Of a stretch of DNA of 64,000 bases, positions 26,001 through 39,427 are shown one piece after another (the first letter of the stretch is position 1; each line of letters begins with the position of its first letter). Source of the DNA: Sphagnum compactum (lineage: Eukaryota); assembly GCA_965153455.1 (NCBI GenBank), contig OZ234494.1, positions 744,001 to 808,000 on the forward strand, given 5' to 3'. A model generated the notes under the pieces. It saw nothing but the letters and a program-made list of their open reading frames with translations. It had not been told where the DNA came from and did no database searches. Both the position numbers and the translations under genes were made by a program.

Positions 26001-28680
26001 AAGGTTTTCCACCTTTCATGTAAGTGGCTTTGTTGTGTGTCATGTGGGAATTCCGAGAAGTGCTGAGCCCCCAGCTTCGAGCGACCTTGCTAAGGATATC
26101 ACAAGGCCTTGAGGAGCAACTGGTGAAATACCTGGCAATCTCCAACACCCAAACAGTACCAGAATCAAGTCTGGGTGGTCCTACCACAGAAGAAAGCCCC
26201 AGTGTGTCTAGCTATACTAGCAAGACATCAGAGGTGACAGCAGAAACAGACCCTGCCAGGGATGGAGATGCAACAATAGTGATGACCTTCAGTAATCTGT
26301 ATGCTCTCAAGGTACCCTAAACCCTAAACATACTTGCAAATTGCTTTCTCAGCAGATCAATGCCACTTTCCTTGGCTTGCCAGTATCCAGATTGCACTTG
26401 GTGTAAGTGATTTCAATCACTTTGTCCAAGACCCATGATGTTTCCTGCACCTATCTCCATCAGGAAGAAACAGAATGTATATGGGATTTCCTTCTCTGCT
26501 GCACATGTGAATTTTCTAAACACCAATAAAGTAAACTGGGGTTCTGTGGTTTTGGTGCAGGAGCGCATGGTAGCAGTAGAATCACTGGGCTGGATCTCTC
26601 AGATGTTGAAAGCATCACACCATTCACTGCAAGCAATGCTACCTCAGGATTCTTTGAATTCAGTGGAGTTTTTCTATGCATGTACGGTATGTACATTTTG
26701 GATGTGCTTCCAGAGTTGCTCTTTTTTTTCCGTTTGTGATTTGGATCTATCCCCTTGCTTTAAGCATGATCTATCCTTCAGTTGCTGACAATTGTTACAT
26801 CACATAGTCGCATGGCAAGTGGGTTTCATTACCACAAACCCGGCATGCAGCACAGAAGTGTGACAGTTGTTGGAAGTCTGACATGACCTGCAGTGTTTGA
26901 TGATGTGCCCCTGCACAGGTAAATGCAGTCCCTGATTTAGCAGAACATGTCTACAAGGCAGTTGCAAGAATGCTCCTCAACATTGGAGGGTAAGGTGGGG
27001 CTCATAACCTGTTTCTGTAAGAAATGAGATCTGCAGTTTTATGCTGGAACATACCTATATATCATGAAGACTAAACTGCATGGCAGACACAATTGCCAGA
27101 CATCAGATGGGTCACCTGGATAAGTCAACGGAAACATTTGGATCCACATTATCACAACCAACCTATATCAAGAGTTGCAAAGGATAAGTTCTTCTCCATG
27201 TTCTGCATGGATTCAATACATGAGCATGTGATTGTTGTGTAGGTACATTGATCTCATTGCAAACGTGAGATGGGAGCTCAATGATCTGGGAATAGAACAT
27301 AATGGGTAATTGTACTATTCTCAGGATTCATCTGTCTTGCACCAATGTTAAGATAAAGTGTGTCTACCTCTGTGACTTGACCCGCAATTTGGAGATGATG
27401 GATGTGGGTTGCCATTGTCAACCATAAAATGTCTTGTAGTGTACTTGGATCACCGACATGCTCAAAAGAAAGTTGGCTATGATGCCACTAACATCAACTT
27501 CCACATGTGGAGCACAATGACAGGGTAGTATATGGGCTACAAGGCTGGATAAGCCCAACAGTCCATGATTGTTCAATCTGCACTATATGGGTACCTGGAA
27601 TCATTTGTGTTATGGATTGGCAGGTACATTGATCAACTCCTGTTGGAGTATAAACAGTACTCAAGCAAGTTGGTGCTGCAAGGTAGTCTTCAGAAGGAGG
27701 TATATGTCACAAGAAGACCATGATTCCGCAACCTTTTGTTTCCTTTCGCATAGCAGGATGGACTTCCAGTAATGGGGATGTTGCTAGAGAGGATGAGATA
27801 CTATACAAAGGGAAAACCACTGTTGCTTCAAACTTCACATATGTGGTGGGGTTAAAGGAGTTTCTAGTCATGTCAGAGTGCAGCAAAAAAATGTGATCTG
27901 CATTATACATATATACATGTGGGTCATATGTGTTGTATTTGTTGTTTGCAGATGTCAGAGCTTTTATTGGAGTATGGAGTGGATATTCTTGCTGAGACAA
28001 TTGTTGAAGGTCTCTCACAAGTTAGAAGATGCAACAATGAGGGACGAGCTTTGATGTCGCTTGATCTCCAGGTGTGAATGAGCCACAGTTGGATCATCTC
28101 AATAGGATACCTAGTTGTTGCAGGTGTGTGTGCTTACAAGCATATATAATTGCTATGTTTTCTCAGAGCTTACACCCCTTGTGGAGAGTATCTACAGGTG
28201 CTTATAAATGGTGTGCAGCAGGTGGCACTGCCACGGCTACGGTCCAACTTACAGATTGTGGAAACTTACATTAAGGTACATAGTAGTACATCAAACCCAT
28301 TGCTGCATATATTGATGATGTGTCTGGATTGATGTTCCATGAATGCTGGAAGTTCTAATGCAGTGCCTTTTTGTTTGCATCAGGCCTTCTATCTACCCGA
28401 CATAGAGTTCCTACCTTGGGTTCAGACACATCCTGTGAGTGTGTGTCAATCAATCTCTTAGGAAGAACCTTGTGTAGGCAGATAGATACTGAAGATACCA
28501 ATGGGTCTCGTTTTCTGAAAATCCGTGGCTCAACTGACTCATGTAATCTGGGTTTTGTTTTAACAGGAGTATACAAGGTCACAAGTCGTTAGACTCTTCA
28601 ACCTTGCATCAACAGCCAACAACTGGACAAAGAAAAGAAGGGAGGATATTTCAGACAGGATTGAAGCTGGTGATTTTTGA
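20072..28680 (+). CDS. VPS50: Syndetin / VPS50 (EARP tethering complex subunit), roughly 25 exons
   Basis: Spliced segments VPARAVAAAAVA, EELEQDYHEEGFDPVRH, VMEHHEEMVKGMQLVTELERDLQVA, NGRRHL, WANKFILAGEAFCG, WELNDLGIEHNGY, CNNEGRALMSLDLQVLING, VETYIKAFYL, EYTRSQV; stop TGA at 28678-28680. Confidence 0.93.
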
Positions 28681-30624
28681 TAATGTCATGTGTCATGTTT
28701 GCAGAGATTTTTGGGCATTGCTAGAAACGTGGATAATCATGCATTTGAAAATGCTTGAACAAGCCATTACAACTAACCACCCAATTCAACTTTGGGTGGT
28801 CTTCACATGACACAAACTACTCACGATTTTGTTGAATGGGCAGATCTCATCAAAAACTCACCAAAATGGTCATGCAATAGGAGGCAATGGTGGTTTAAGA
28901 ATTTTTTTGCTCAAAAATGCCTTTTGACATGGTTGAAAATTTTACACTCCACATTTTCAAACCATTTTGGTGGTTTTTTTTTAATGGTCATTTTAAGCAT
29001 TGTGCACAAGGTTAACCACCTTCCAAATTAGGTAGGTACCCATGATGTAATATAAATGTCACATGGCCTAGCTTGGGTGGCTACTGTCTAAATACCACAT
29101 GTTTGTACTTAAGTTTGTAGCCACTAGGTTAGTACATAAAAATGAATACTAAGTAAGTATAAGTAGAAATCTATCTAGATTAAGCTAAATGTACCTAGAA
29201 TAAGGTAATTAATCTATACTTAGGCTAGGTAGAATAAGATACGTACCTAAGATATGTTTATTGTAAGCTATAGTTAAGCTAATTATATTGTAATATATAC
29301 ATAGGCTAAATTACATATCATAGCCTATATATTGAGGCTAGGTATTAGTATACAATTTCTTATGTACCTATTTAAGTATATCATTTTTATATTTATGTTA
29401 AGAGGTAAAAAATCCCTAGACTACTAGTTAATGTCATAGGCATTTTTAGACTTGTCATCCTTTACCAGAGGGGTGAAGCTAATGAGATTAATTAATTTGT
29501 GTTGATGAGTGGTGGGTTGTAATCCACCTAATCACCTAGGAGATTTCTAAAAAAAATTAGGATAAAAACCTATTTTCATGGGGTCAATGTAAACCTTGTG
29601 TGATTTTGTGGGAAGAGAGGATGAAAATAAGACTTAAGGGGATTCTATTCCATTTGATGATGTTGTAGTTTAAAGTTTGGGTTATGATAGCCCTCTTTTG
29701 GAGAGGTGTTATATGTGTAAAACTAAAGAGGGGAGAGGAGTATGGAATTGTATTGTACTTGTGTTATTTCAATGGAAAAGGGTTGACATAACAACTTAGT
29801 GTTTCGTTGGAGTTCTTTTTATCTTTGAATGTATTACAATACAAGGAAAGATAATATATTCTAAGTTTGCATAATGTTTTGTTACATTTTATATAATAAT
29901 TCTCCATTTCTTCTACAAAAGTAATAAGAATGTATGTGTTGTTTTCCTTCTCACATTATTGGAGTGGCCTATAGTTAGGACAATAAGGATTTGTCCTTAC
30001 ATGATAACCCCCATCTTCTTCTTTTTCTCTTTGCATAAACTTTTTACTATTGCTTGAATAATTTTAGTAAAATTAGTAAGAGATAGTAGTTTTTTTCTTG
30101 GAAGTAGGAAGAAGTTGAACTTGATCCTTTGACATTGCCTTCATTTGGACGGTAATGTTTGAGAATCACATTTTCACCCCATTACATCTTACATTAAAGT
30201 AGGCTAAGCCTACCTAATTGCATGTAGGCTAGCCTAAATATAGCCTATTTTATATGTACTTGGTTTGTACATACTTAGGTTATACATAGTTAATTTATTT
30301 GTACATAGCCTTTACATACATAATTTATACATATTTAGCTTTACATATAAGCTACACTACCTAAATATATTGCGCTGCCCTACCTTAATTTACTTATACT
30401 ATACCTTAAATACCTTTAATTAAATACCATATGTATACCTTACCCTACCTTACATACCTTACACATACCTTATGTTAACCTAAATATCATATCTATATAC
30501 CTACCCTACTTTTCATTTGTAAGCTAAAGTGAATACATGTTAAATACTTAAACACCCTACCTATCCCTATGTTAATTAATACCCTACCCTACATACATAG
30601 GTTAAATGATTTAATTTTGAATAT

Positions 30625-30895
30625 ATGTATGGTATTGTAATTTATAACTCACCTTTCAATTCTTTTCCACGTTTTAGAAAAATGCAAAAATGTTTTGAAG
30701 GAATCGTGACACACAATATTCTAGATTGTTTGGTAATAATAAATGCAAATAAAAATTCCATGGCTATACTTGAAGCTAATCAATTACAAATATCTATTGT
30801 ATCTTTGGTGGATTCTAGTATTCTAAACAGATTACAAAAATCAATAACTTATCTTATTCCATTAAATGATGATTCTATACAGTTTGTATATTTAT
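30625..30895 (+). pseudogene. rps2: Nuclear insertion of the mitochondrial rps2 3' region (NUMT)
   Basis: QKCFEGIVTHNILDCLVIINANKNSMAILEANQLQISIVSLVDS...ITYLIPLNDDSIQFVYL matches the S2 C-terminal signature (PD.L.I....N..AI.EA..L.IP....VD.N....I.YPIP.NDDS) in its bryophyte mitochondrial form; AT-rich, truncated at both ends. Confidence 0.88.
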
Positions 30896-31269
30896 ACTCC
30901 CATTCCCTAGGTATAATTAATTAACAACACCTATGTTAAGTTAGATACCGACAATCATACTTACAATAAATTTTTAGTTTTAAAACTAATTAATTACCTA
31001 AAATACATTAATTATTGTGTAATTAAATATTAAATATTAATTATTACAAATACATTGTTATAATATAAAATGAATTATGTCAAAACTTAGTTACAATATG
31101 CTTTGTAATTATTAATCAACAATATAATTCATTATGAACTATATTGTGGAACATTGGATTGAATTAGTTACAAAGCCCAGTTAGTGGTTAGAGGAAATGA
31201 ACAAAAAGAAGGTTTGGACTTTTAGGAAACTTTTGCACCATTAATTAAATGGAGCACAATTAGAAATAT

Positions 31270-31725
31270 TGTGAGTCGGAAAATATGGTAGATGGACATC
31301 AAAACAACAGTTTTAAACAATGATATCAAAAAAGAAGTTTACATGAAGCAACATGAAAAGATTTGTCAAACTTGGAAGTGAACACTTGGTCTGTTGACTA
31401 AATAAAACATTATATGGACTTTGTCAGGCTCCTTGAGCATGGTATGAAAAGATTCGACAAATTTTTCAAAAGTTTATGAATGACTAAATGTGGAATAGAC
31501 TCCAACCTCTACTTCTGGCAAAATGAAGATGAAATCCTAATAATCATGTTGTAGATGGATAGTCTTGTCCTCACAAGGAACACTGATGAAAAGATTGCAT
31601 GGTTGAAGAGGTGGTTTGAAGGAGAGTTCAAGATGATGGACTTGACGCAATTAGGACATTATTTGGGCATTAATTTTACCTTCACAAAGGAATGAATATT
31701 CTTGTCTCAAAAACCATACTTACCA
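31270..31725 (+). mobile_element. Degenerate Ty1/Copia reverse transcriptase fragment
   Basis: MDIKTTVLN.DIKKEVYMKQ, LNKTLYGLCQAP*AWYEKI, DSNLY, FKMMDL..LGHYLGI, IFLSQKPY, with stops and frameshifts. Confidence 0.88.
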
Positions 31726-31729
31726 TACC

Positions 31730-32095
31730 ATCGGTTCACCAAGCATGGTATTGGATGAACACAAATTACACTATGATAGTCAAGTAGGATTTGGATAAAG
31801 TTGTTGGTTTCAAGTTCATTGAACTAATGGAGCATATGACCTAGTTGTCTTTGATTGTGGTGGTGTTGAAAAAGAACAGCAAGCTCTGCATATGAATTGA
31901 TTTTTGTTGCCTAAATGTCGCCATTAAAAAAAATTCATACCCATTGCCTTTTATAAATGAAGTGTTGGACAAGATAGTTGGGCATGAAATATATATATTT
32001 TTGAATGGTTTTTTAGGTTGTCATTGTATTTGCATTGCTCTATTAGACTATTTCAAAATGACATTCATAATTGATTGGAGAGCTTTTGTTGCATG
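31730..32095 (+). mobile_element. Degenerate Ty3/Gypsy reverse transcriptase fragment
   Basis: IVVVLKKNSKLCI*IDFCCLNVAIKKNSYPLPFINEVLDKIVGHEIYIFLNGFLG...KMTFIIDW matches the Gypsy RT pattern (V.KK..KLR.C.D.R.LN.....YPLP.I..LD). Confidence 0.88.
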
Positions 32096-32744
32096 CTATG
32101 ATTAATATGAATGATATTTGCATATAATCAATATTTTAAATATTCAAATGAATGAAATATTATTTTTTAATGAAATACATGAATGTTCATGTTTAATACA
32201 CAAAAATCGCATAATTTTATGTACAAATATATAATAATAATTACACGAATTTAATTAAAATGTAAATTATATATATGTATATCACAAGTTTAAAAAACAT
32301 CATTTATATAAAAATGATATATAAATTTTTTGTGTCATTTTTAGATTTTGAAATCTATGGATTTTGCATAAACAAATCGTTTTACGATTTTCACACAGAT
32401 TCTATTAAAATTTTGGAATGAAGGTAATAATGAAAAAATTTGAAAAAAAAAAACATTTATGAGTTTGGAGGCGTATTTTCATAGATGAAAGAATTTTGCT
32501 CTTGTTACATTCTTTCATTACACCTTTTGTCATTGGAGTTTTTTTGTACTTTTTGTCGTGCTTGACACCATTGCAACTTGTTTAATTCAAGCATTGAAGA
32601 TTAAATCTATCAAGACACAAAACAAAAATCTCATTCTATTACATATAAACCCTTAAAATTCGAAATCAATGACAATGTCAAACCTTGCTCCTAAGCTTTC
32701 ATTAATGTCAACAATGAGAATCACATTTAAAAAGTGGAGTGACG

Positions 32745-33372
32745 ATGAAAACTCATTGCAAATCATATTTCTAAACCATTTGACAAAAGGGGGTTGGATA
32801 GTGTGAGGGAGTGTGTGTGTGTGATGAAAACTCATTGCAAATCCTATTTCTAAACCATTTGACAAAAGAGGTTGGATAGTGTGAGGGGGGGGGGTGTGTG
32901 TGATGAAAACTTGTTGCAAATCATATTTCTAAACCATTTGACAAAAGAGGTTGGATAGTGTGGGGGGGGGGGGTTGTGTGTGATGAAAACTCGTTGCAAA
33001 TCATATTCCTAAACCATTTGACAAAAGGGGGTTGGATAGTGTGAGGGGGTGTGTATGTGATGAAAACTCATGGACAAATGTCCATCAAAATGGCCATTTA
33101 GTCAAATTGGCCATATTGAATGGATAGGGTCTAGTCAAATAGACCATCCTGCGAATCATATTTCTAAACCATTTGACAAAAGGGGGTTGGATAGTGTGAG
33201 GGGATGTGTGTGTGATGAAAACTTGTGGACAAATGTTCATCAAAATGGCCATTTAGTCAAATTGGTCATATTGAATGGATAGGGTTTAGTCAAATTGACC
33301 ATCCTTGCAAATCATATTTCTAAACCATTTGACAAAAGGGGGTTGGATAGTGTGAGGGGGTATGTGTGTGAT
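32745..33372. repeat. ~78-bp G-rich tandem array; last units carry an ~80-bp insertion
   Basis: Six copies of tttctaaaccatttgacaaaagggggttggatagtgtgagggg..gtgtgtgatgaaaact; the last two intervals add ggacaaatg..catcaaaatggccatttagtcaaattgg. Confidence 0.93.
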
Positions 33373-33924
33373 TGTGAGTTAAGAGGATGAGTCCTTCACC
33401 CATCGGTGTTGCTGTTGCATTTATGGTGATTTTTTCAAGTCTTATGACTCAAAATCCTTAATGCAAGGCCATTTTGCCAAACATTGTTTTTTTTTTTTGG
33501 GTTGCCATGTGACAAAAAAAAATTCACCACCAGAAAAAAAACATTGCTCTAAATATGGCTAATTTAGTAATTTTCATTCCAAAAAATGGCGAAAACATCT
33601 TTAAAAAAAATCCACAATTTTTATTTTTATTTTTATTTTTTTGGGTTTTTTTGGGTGGGGTTGTTGGGGGGTCCCTTTTGGTTTGTTTTGTTTTGTCGGT
33701 GCGTCGAGGAGCACACAAGCGCCGGAAAATCACATGCGCCAGAGCCCTCAGCAGCACTAGCGATGGCGATGACGGGGGCCTAGCGATGCAGCAGCCACTC
33801 TTTGCGATCAGTCTTCGGGGAGCTTTGAATGGAGCGGCGGTGCAGATGGCGCGATTCGGGGATCCTTTTGTAGCGTATCGGAGCGGGATAAAACGGAGAC
33901 TGGAAGTGTAGCATAATAATAGGA

Positions 33925-34353
33925 ATGGAACATGGCTCCGGAAAGATTGGTGCGCCTTTCGTGATTCTCCTCGTGCTGGTTCTGTTTTATTGTTGTTGTT
34001 GTTGTTGCTGTTGTGCCGATACGACTACTCTTGTCTCTGCTGGTGCTGCTGCGGAGCTGAAGGCGGAAAGGGAAGGAGAAGAACAAGAACAAGGGGCGTC
34101 TTCGTTCCGTATAGTAGGAGGTGGAAGAAGGCTTCTTGTTGGCAGTGATGATGGTGAGGGAAGAGGAGATTTGTTTGCTGAGTTGAATGTTTTAGCCAAG
34201 GAGATAGGAAAGGAGATCCTGGCTGTGCGTAATGCGGAGGAGGGGATTACGGAAAAAGAAACTGCGGGAGATGGAGAACTGAACCAGCGGATCATGCGTT
34301 TCGGCTTGAGAGAAGAAGAAAACAGCGCCGCGCCTGCTGTATGTTACCCCACC

Positions 34354-34393
<40 letters not shown>

Positions 34394-36337
34394 CCGCCCT
34401 CTTTGCTTCATTGTGTTGTCGCTTTGATTATTTTTCTTTTTCCGGCTTGGTCCTCGTTTGTTCTAGAGGTGGAAGTAGTTCCATTTTGTTTCCTTTAACA
34501 ATAGCTAAGCTTTTTGCCCTTCCCCGCTTCACTTCACCAGGTGTCGCCTTTTTTCCAAAAGCATCTAACCGGTTCGTGAAGCATCTAGCCAGTTCTCAGA
34601 GTACTCCTATAACAAGAATGAACAGATTGATCTTTCTCGGCATGCTGATAGATAGATGATTTTGGGGTAAAAGAATGATGCAGATCAACAGAAAGAAGGT
34701 CATAATAAGTCACCACAAGATAACCAGAAGACAAACCAGACCACAGAAACTTCACAAGATGCTGGAACTCTTCCAGATGGAGGCGAGGATGATGTAGCAG
34801 GGGCCACTACTAAAGAGGAAAATCCAGCATCACAAGAAAGAGATTGTGGGGGCGATCCTCTCCTTGCAAAACTGAAGACAGCTGGTGAGGGTGAGTTTCG
34901 ATGAATAGAATTTGATTATTTCTATTCACTGTCACATGATTCATGATATTGGTTTTCACATGGAATGTCATGTTGTTGCATGTTTTTACAAAGTCTAGAG
35001 TTGTTTTAAGATTAGCATTTGAGACAAATCCTGTTCTTGATGATCGATGCAGGCAACCATGATTGGACACTGACAGTGACAAACACTGGTAAGGATGAAC
35101 TGAAAGTCAAAGTGGTAGCAGAATCACTCAAAGCAAATCCAGCTGAGCTCTCACTCAAGACTGGAGAAGAATATAAGGTAGGTTCAAGCAGAACTCAGAT
35201 TATCAGGTCTTCCAGCAGATCTTCCAGTTCAGGTCTTTTGTGTTGGAATTATGAGGCAAACCAAAACCTATTGTGTGTTTGCATGACAATGCGACTTATT
35301 CTCTTTTTGTGCTCTTATGCTTTCCCCGTCTTTGACACTATGTTGGAAGGATTGGGTGGCTTTTTTGTGACTTAATTCTCTTTTTGTGCTCTTGTGCAGT
35401 CCCTGTCTTTGATACTATTTTTGAAGGATTGGGTGGATGAAGGAATGAGATCAGTAACATACTTAGATGATAGCACAAGAGGAGGCTGTCCTAGATCAGC
35501 AAGCAAGCAAGAGAGTATGCTCTTGAGATTCAAGATTCTTCTTTTGTGTCATGACTGTGATACTACATCATCTTCTTTTGCAGGTTGCTATTACTGTGGT
35601 CGATAATGGGATAAAAATTGCAGACAAAATCAACATAACTTGGGGTGCAGGTTATTGCCAGATCAATGTGCCTGAAAATAGTTTTGCATCGTCCCAACTG
35701 CAGAGCTCCGCATACTTGAATTTTATTCCTGTAACAAGGACTGGCTTCATACTGTTTGGAAGCACCATTCTGTTTGTGGCAATCCTAGGTATGAAATGTT
35801 CTAATGGTGGGTTGTTCCTTTTTTTTTCACAAGGTGTAGGTTCATCTCTTTACAAAAGGATGTTTTTGGTGACCTGTGTTGTATGTCTACATGTTCATGA
35901 CAGTAGTGTATATTCACAAGCACTGAGCCGTTTTCTGTCCAGCCATTGTTCTGTCTCCTGGGATTAGTCTAGTCCTTTCAATCCTGATTTGGTTTGAGGT
36001 CTTTCAATGGTTACACCCTTTTTGTCTGTTTGATGGTTTGGTAGGCGTTGCGGGTATATGGGGATGTGTCTCACGGCGTGCACGAGCACGGTGGCCTGGT
36101 GCGGGTAGTGTCAAGTACCAAGAGCTGGAAATGAGCATACCAACTATTGATTCCTCAAAGAAGGATACTGAGGATGGCCCTCTATCAGCTGAAGGATGGG
36201 ATGAAATCTGGGAAGATGATGAGTGGGAGGACACTGAAGCGGTCAGGTCCTCATCTAGTCTGCAGACCTTGTCTTCACAGGGGCTTAATGTTCGACGTGC
36301 AAACAAGGATGGATGGGACAGTGCATGGGATGGTTAG
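33925..36337 (+). CDS. Uncharacterised plant single-pass membrane protein (At1g64385-like), 5 exons
   Basis: Exons 33925-34338, 34674-34890, 35053-35177, 35584-35788, 36045-36337: signal peptide, acidic linker, beta-rich domain (WTLTVTNTG...ITWGAGYC), TM, then KYQELEMSIP, EGWDEIWEDDEWED, LSSQGLNVRRANKDGW. Confidence 0.85.
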
Positions 36338-39300
36338 CCAGAGTTGTGGCCTTTCTGGTCTCTGTAACTAGGTTAAACACTCAGGTGTGGATTGAAACTA
36401 TTGGAGTTGGACAGATGAAGAGGGATTAGGAAATTGTATCCAGATGCTGTTCCTTGCCAAAGCTTTGTGGCCTTTTGCCCTATGTCAAGTCTTGAAGGAG
36501 ACTGCAGAGTAAGAGATCAACCACAGATCAGTTTCTATGGGCTTGTAGCCATAGTCCCCCTGTATGGAGCTAGCAAATAGAGGATATAAAATTAGAGAGA
36601 TAGGTATAGGATTACATGTTTATCAAAGATACTGCATGCTTATTGACCTTTCACATCCAGAAGTAATCATTAAGCTTGGAAGCATTTTCTCAGTTGCAGG
36701 CAGCTTGTCATCTCTCAAAACGTTCTCTTCAATTGTCAGCCTCTGACATGGTAGTTTTTATGACCATGTGAAGGTATGCCACTATATGCTTGTTTGTTGG
36801 AGTGTCTACAGTATAGGAACAGGCCATGTGTACCTGCACACATTTGCCTAGTCCTTCATTTGTGTGGTACAATGAAAGAAATGGATGTGAGGATTTCTCT
36901 TCTGTCAATTTCAAGTACTGCATGTGTGCGAGAGTACGACATGGACACATGGATAAGTCTGCAGAAGAGAAAGGGAGAGAATTCCTTGGTGTCAATATTT
37001 TTATTCTGGTGTGATGGCGACAGGAGACTCCCCAGTGATGAGGAAGGAGTGGATACCATGGAGTGTACCCTAGTTCATTTGAACATAGAAGGTTCCTTAG
37101 GTCTGTTAATGTGACTTCTTTTCTGCAGTCTTGGGTTTGCCAAATTCGACTGTGGTGTTTCCTGGAACAGTGCAGGTAGTTTGGTGTGCTCCAAGTTTTG
37201 GTGCTCATGCAGGTGTTGTGACAATCAGGGCAAGCCAGGGAATTGGTAAATACTTTGCACCTATTTGTTTGTAAGTCTTGCAACTGCTGTACAAGTGACA
37301 GCTGTTATTGTGTTGTTCTCACTTATCAATTAGTTTTGAGGGCAGGTGATGCTTGGGTACTTAGGACACACATAGTTGATGCTAGTGGATCTACTTGTTG
37401 GACTCCATGCAGTATCAAACTGTGTGTCATTGGACTGATTGCTACGTATAGGGGGAAGCACTTGCACAGGGGTATGTGTGTCTGGAAGTGAAGCTCATTG
37501 TCAGCGTGAAGTGAAAGCAAGTTGGAATCCATCAGAGCAGAATTAGCATGTAGCTGGGTGGTTGCACAATTTTGTTTCAGTCCAGGAAAGATCCAGGTGA
37601 CATAATCAATGCTGTGGATCCCAATTGGTCATCCTCTAATTTTTCTACTGGACTCATCAGAATGTTTTATGTTCCCTCTTGTTTTAACTTTTTGAACCAC
37701 GTGATTGTTGGCACTGCTTGGCTGCTTTGTGGGTGAATTTCAAAGTGTGTCCATGGGCTTGATGATATTCTTCAGTAAGCAATGCTTGGAGCAACTTGGA
37801 ATGTATTTCTGGTGCATGTGGTCAATTGGTTCTAATTTTTTGATGAGGGAAAGCTGGGGCAGTGAATTTGTATTTTAGGGCTTGGGGCAGATTAACAGGC
37901 TTAAAGACACCCCACATTGAGAGCTGATGAAGTCAGTGGGGGAGTCATGGCAGCTTGTTACTGCTATTTATGATGAAGGTGATTGTCTCACACTTTGTGA
38001 TTGACATTCATAAGGTAATGACCACACCCATTCTTGTTGTGTTGGTTTTGGTTTTGCTGGAATTTTCTCTGCAATCTCATAGACATACTTTTATATCTGA
38101 AAGGTTCCAGATAGCTCAAAGTTTTTTGTAATCACGTGGACAGAGGCTGATGAGGTTTCTGTCTTTCCCAACTTGCACAGAATGTCTTGAACCAAGCAAT
38201 TTAGTTATTTCAATCACCAATTTGGCACTTGCATGATTTGAACCTGGACTGACATGCAGGTTCACCTCAAGCATGTGAGAGTGTACGAGGGTGGCTCAGG
38301 TAAGACCTGTTGTTTGAAAAGAGTGCTCGAAGACGGAAACAGTGAATGGCCGTGCAACAATGGTCTTGCTTGAGCTGGCCTTTGGCTATAGCCTTATTGC
38401 CTGTCTTATGTCAAGGATTTGGTAGTCCCTAGGTTTACCTGCAGATACACACAAATACTTCTAGACATCTTTCTTCTGTTGGTCCTTATGCTTATGCCCT
38501 AGACAAATTGCAGTGTCTACAACACCAGTCACTGTTCTCATCTGAGTAGTCTACCTCATAGTTGGTGGTGCCTACATTGTCAAGAAGTTCTTGAACAAGC
38601 CTCCAGTGTGTTAGTATATCCTCTGATATAGGATCTACTGACAAAACTCATTTAGTTTGATGTGGTTGTGGACCAGTGCTGGCAGTTCAAATTGCAATCA
38701 AAGGCAGTGCTAATGGGGAAAGGTATTCAGGAGTGTTAAGTAATCAAAGGTTAGCAAGAAATGGCAGAAAAGTATAAAAAGCATGTCACGAGATATGAAG
38801 GGGCAATAGGAAACATATGGACAGTAGATAGTTTGCATTCTTCTGCTTCACACTTGTATGGGAACCTCTTTTGGACTAAATTTAAGGTGGGGTGTCTTTG
38901 AGCCCATGTTACTTCTTTTAATCTACTTGTTCCAGAGTACGTTTGGAGTTGTACAGCTTTTGTTCCAGATTCATTATCACCAGCTGACTGTGGGAATTGG
39001 GAATTGTTGTTTCCAAGTTCCTCCAACTATTTCACAATGATGATGGATATGGTTTGATAGGCTTGACTAAGGTTATGGCAAGATGGGGATCTAGGACAGC
39101 AAGTATATTAGAATGAACAAATATAATGAGACAAACTTCAAAAGGTGCTTCTTGGCAAGAAATCACAAACATAGGCCAGAGCAATGCAGGTTGTGCTCAG
39201 TTTATGAGATCTCAAAGTTGACAGGATTTAATGTGAGAGCAAGTCATTTCATTTGGGAATACTGCATTTGATAAAGGCTTGATGTTGGTGGATTCATTCA

Positions 39301-39427
39301 CTTGCTGTTGTAATTTGCAGGGTAATTGTCTTGGTCAACAATTGTGAACAAAACCGCCTCATGTAAAATACCATACAGGGGTAGAAATTTTGTCCTGAAA
39401 ACATAAGGATATTACCATTAGCACAAC

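Noticed and set aside
34339-34659. Poly-proline extension of ORF 33925-34659
   Set aside because: Read-through into intron 1 (GT at 34339); the long C-run is intronic and its length may be a sequencing artefact.
36564-38400. Several 60-184 aa ORFs
   Set aside because: No recognisable motifs and no consistent exon chain; likely UTR or intergenic.
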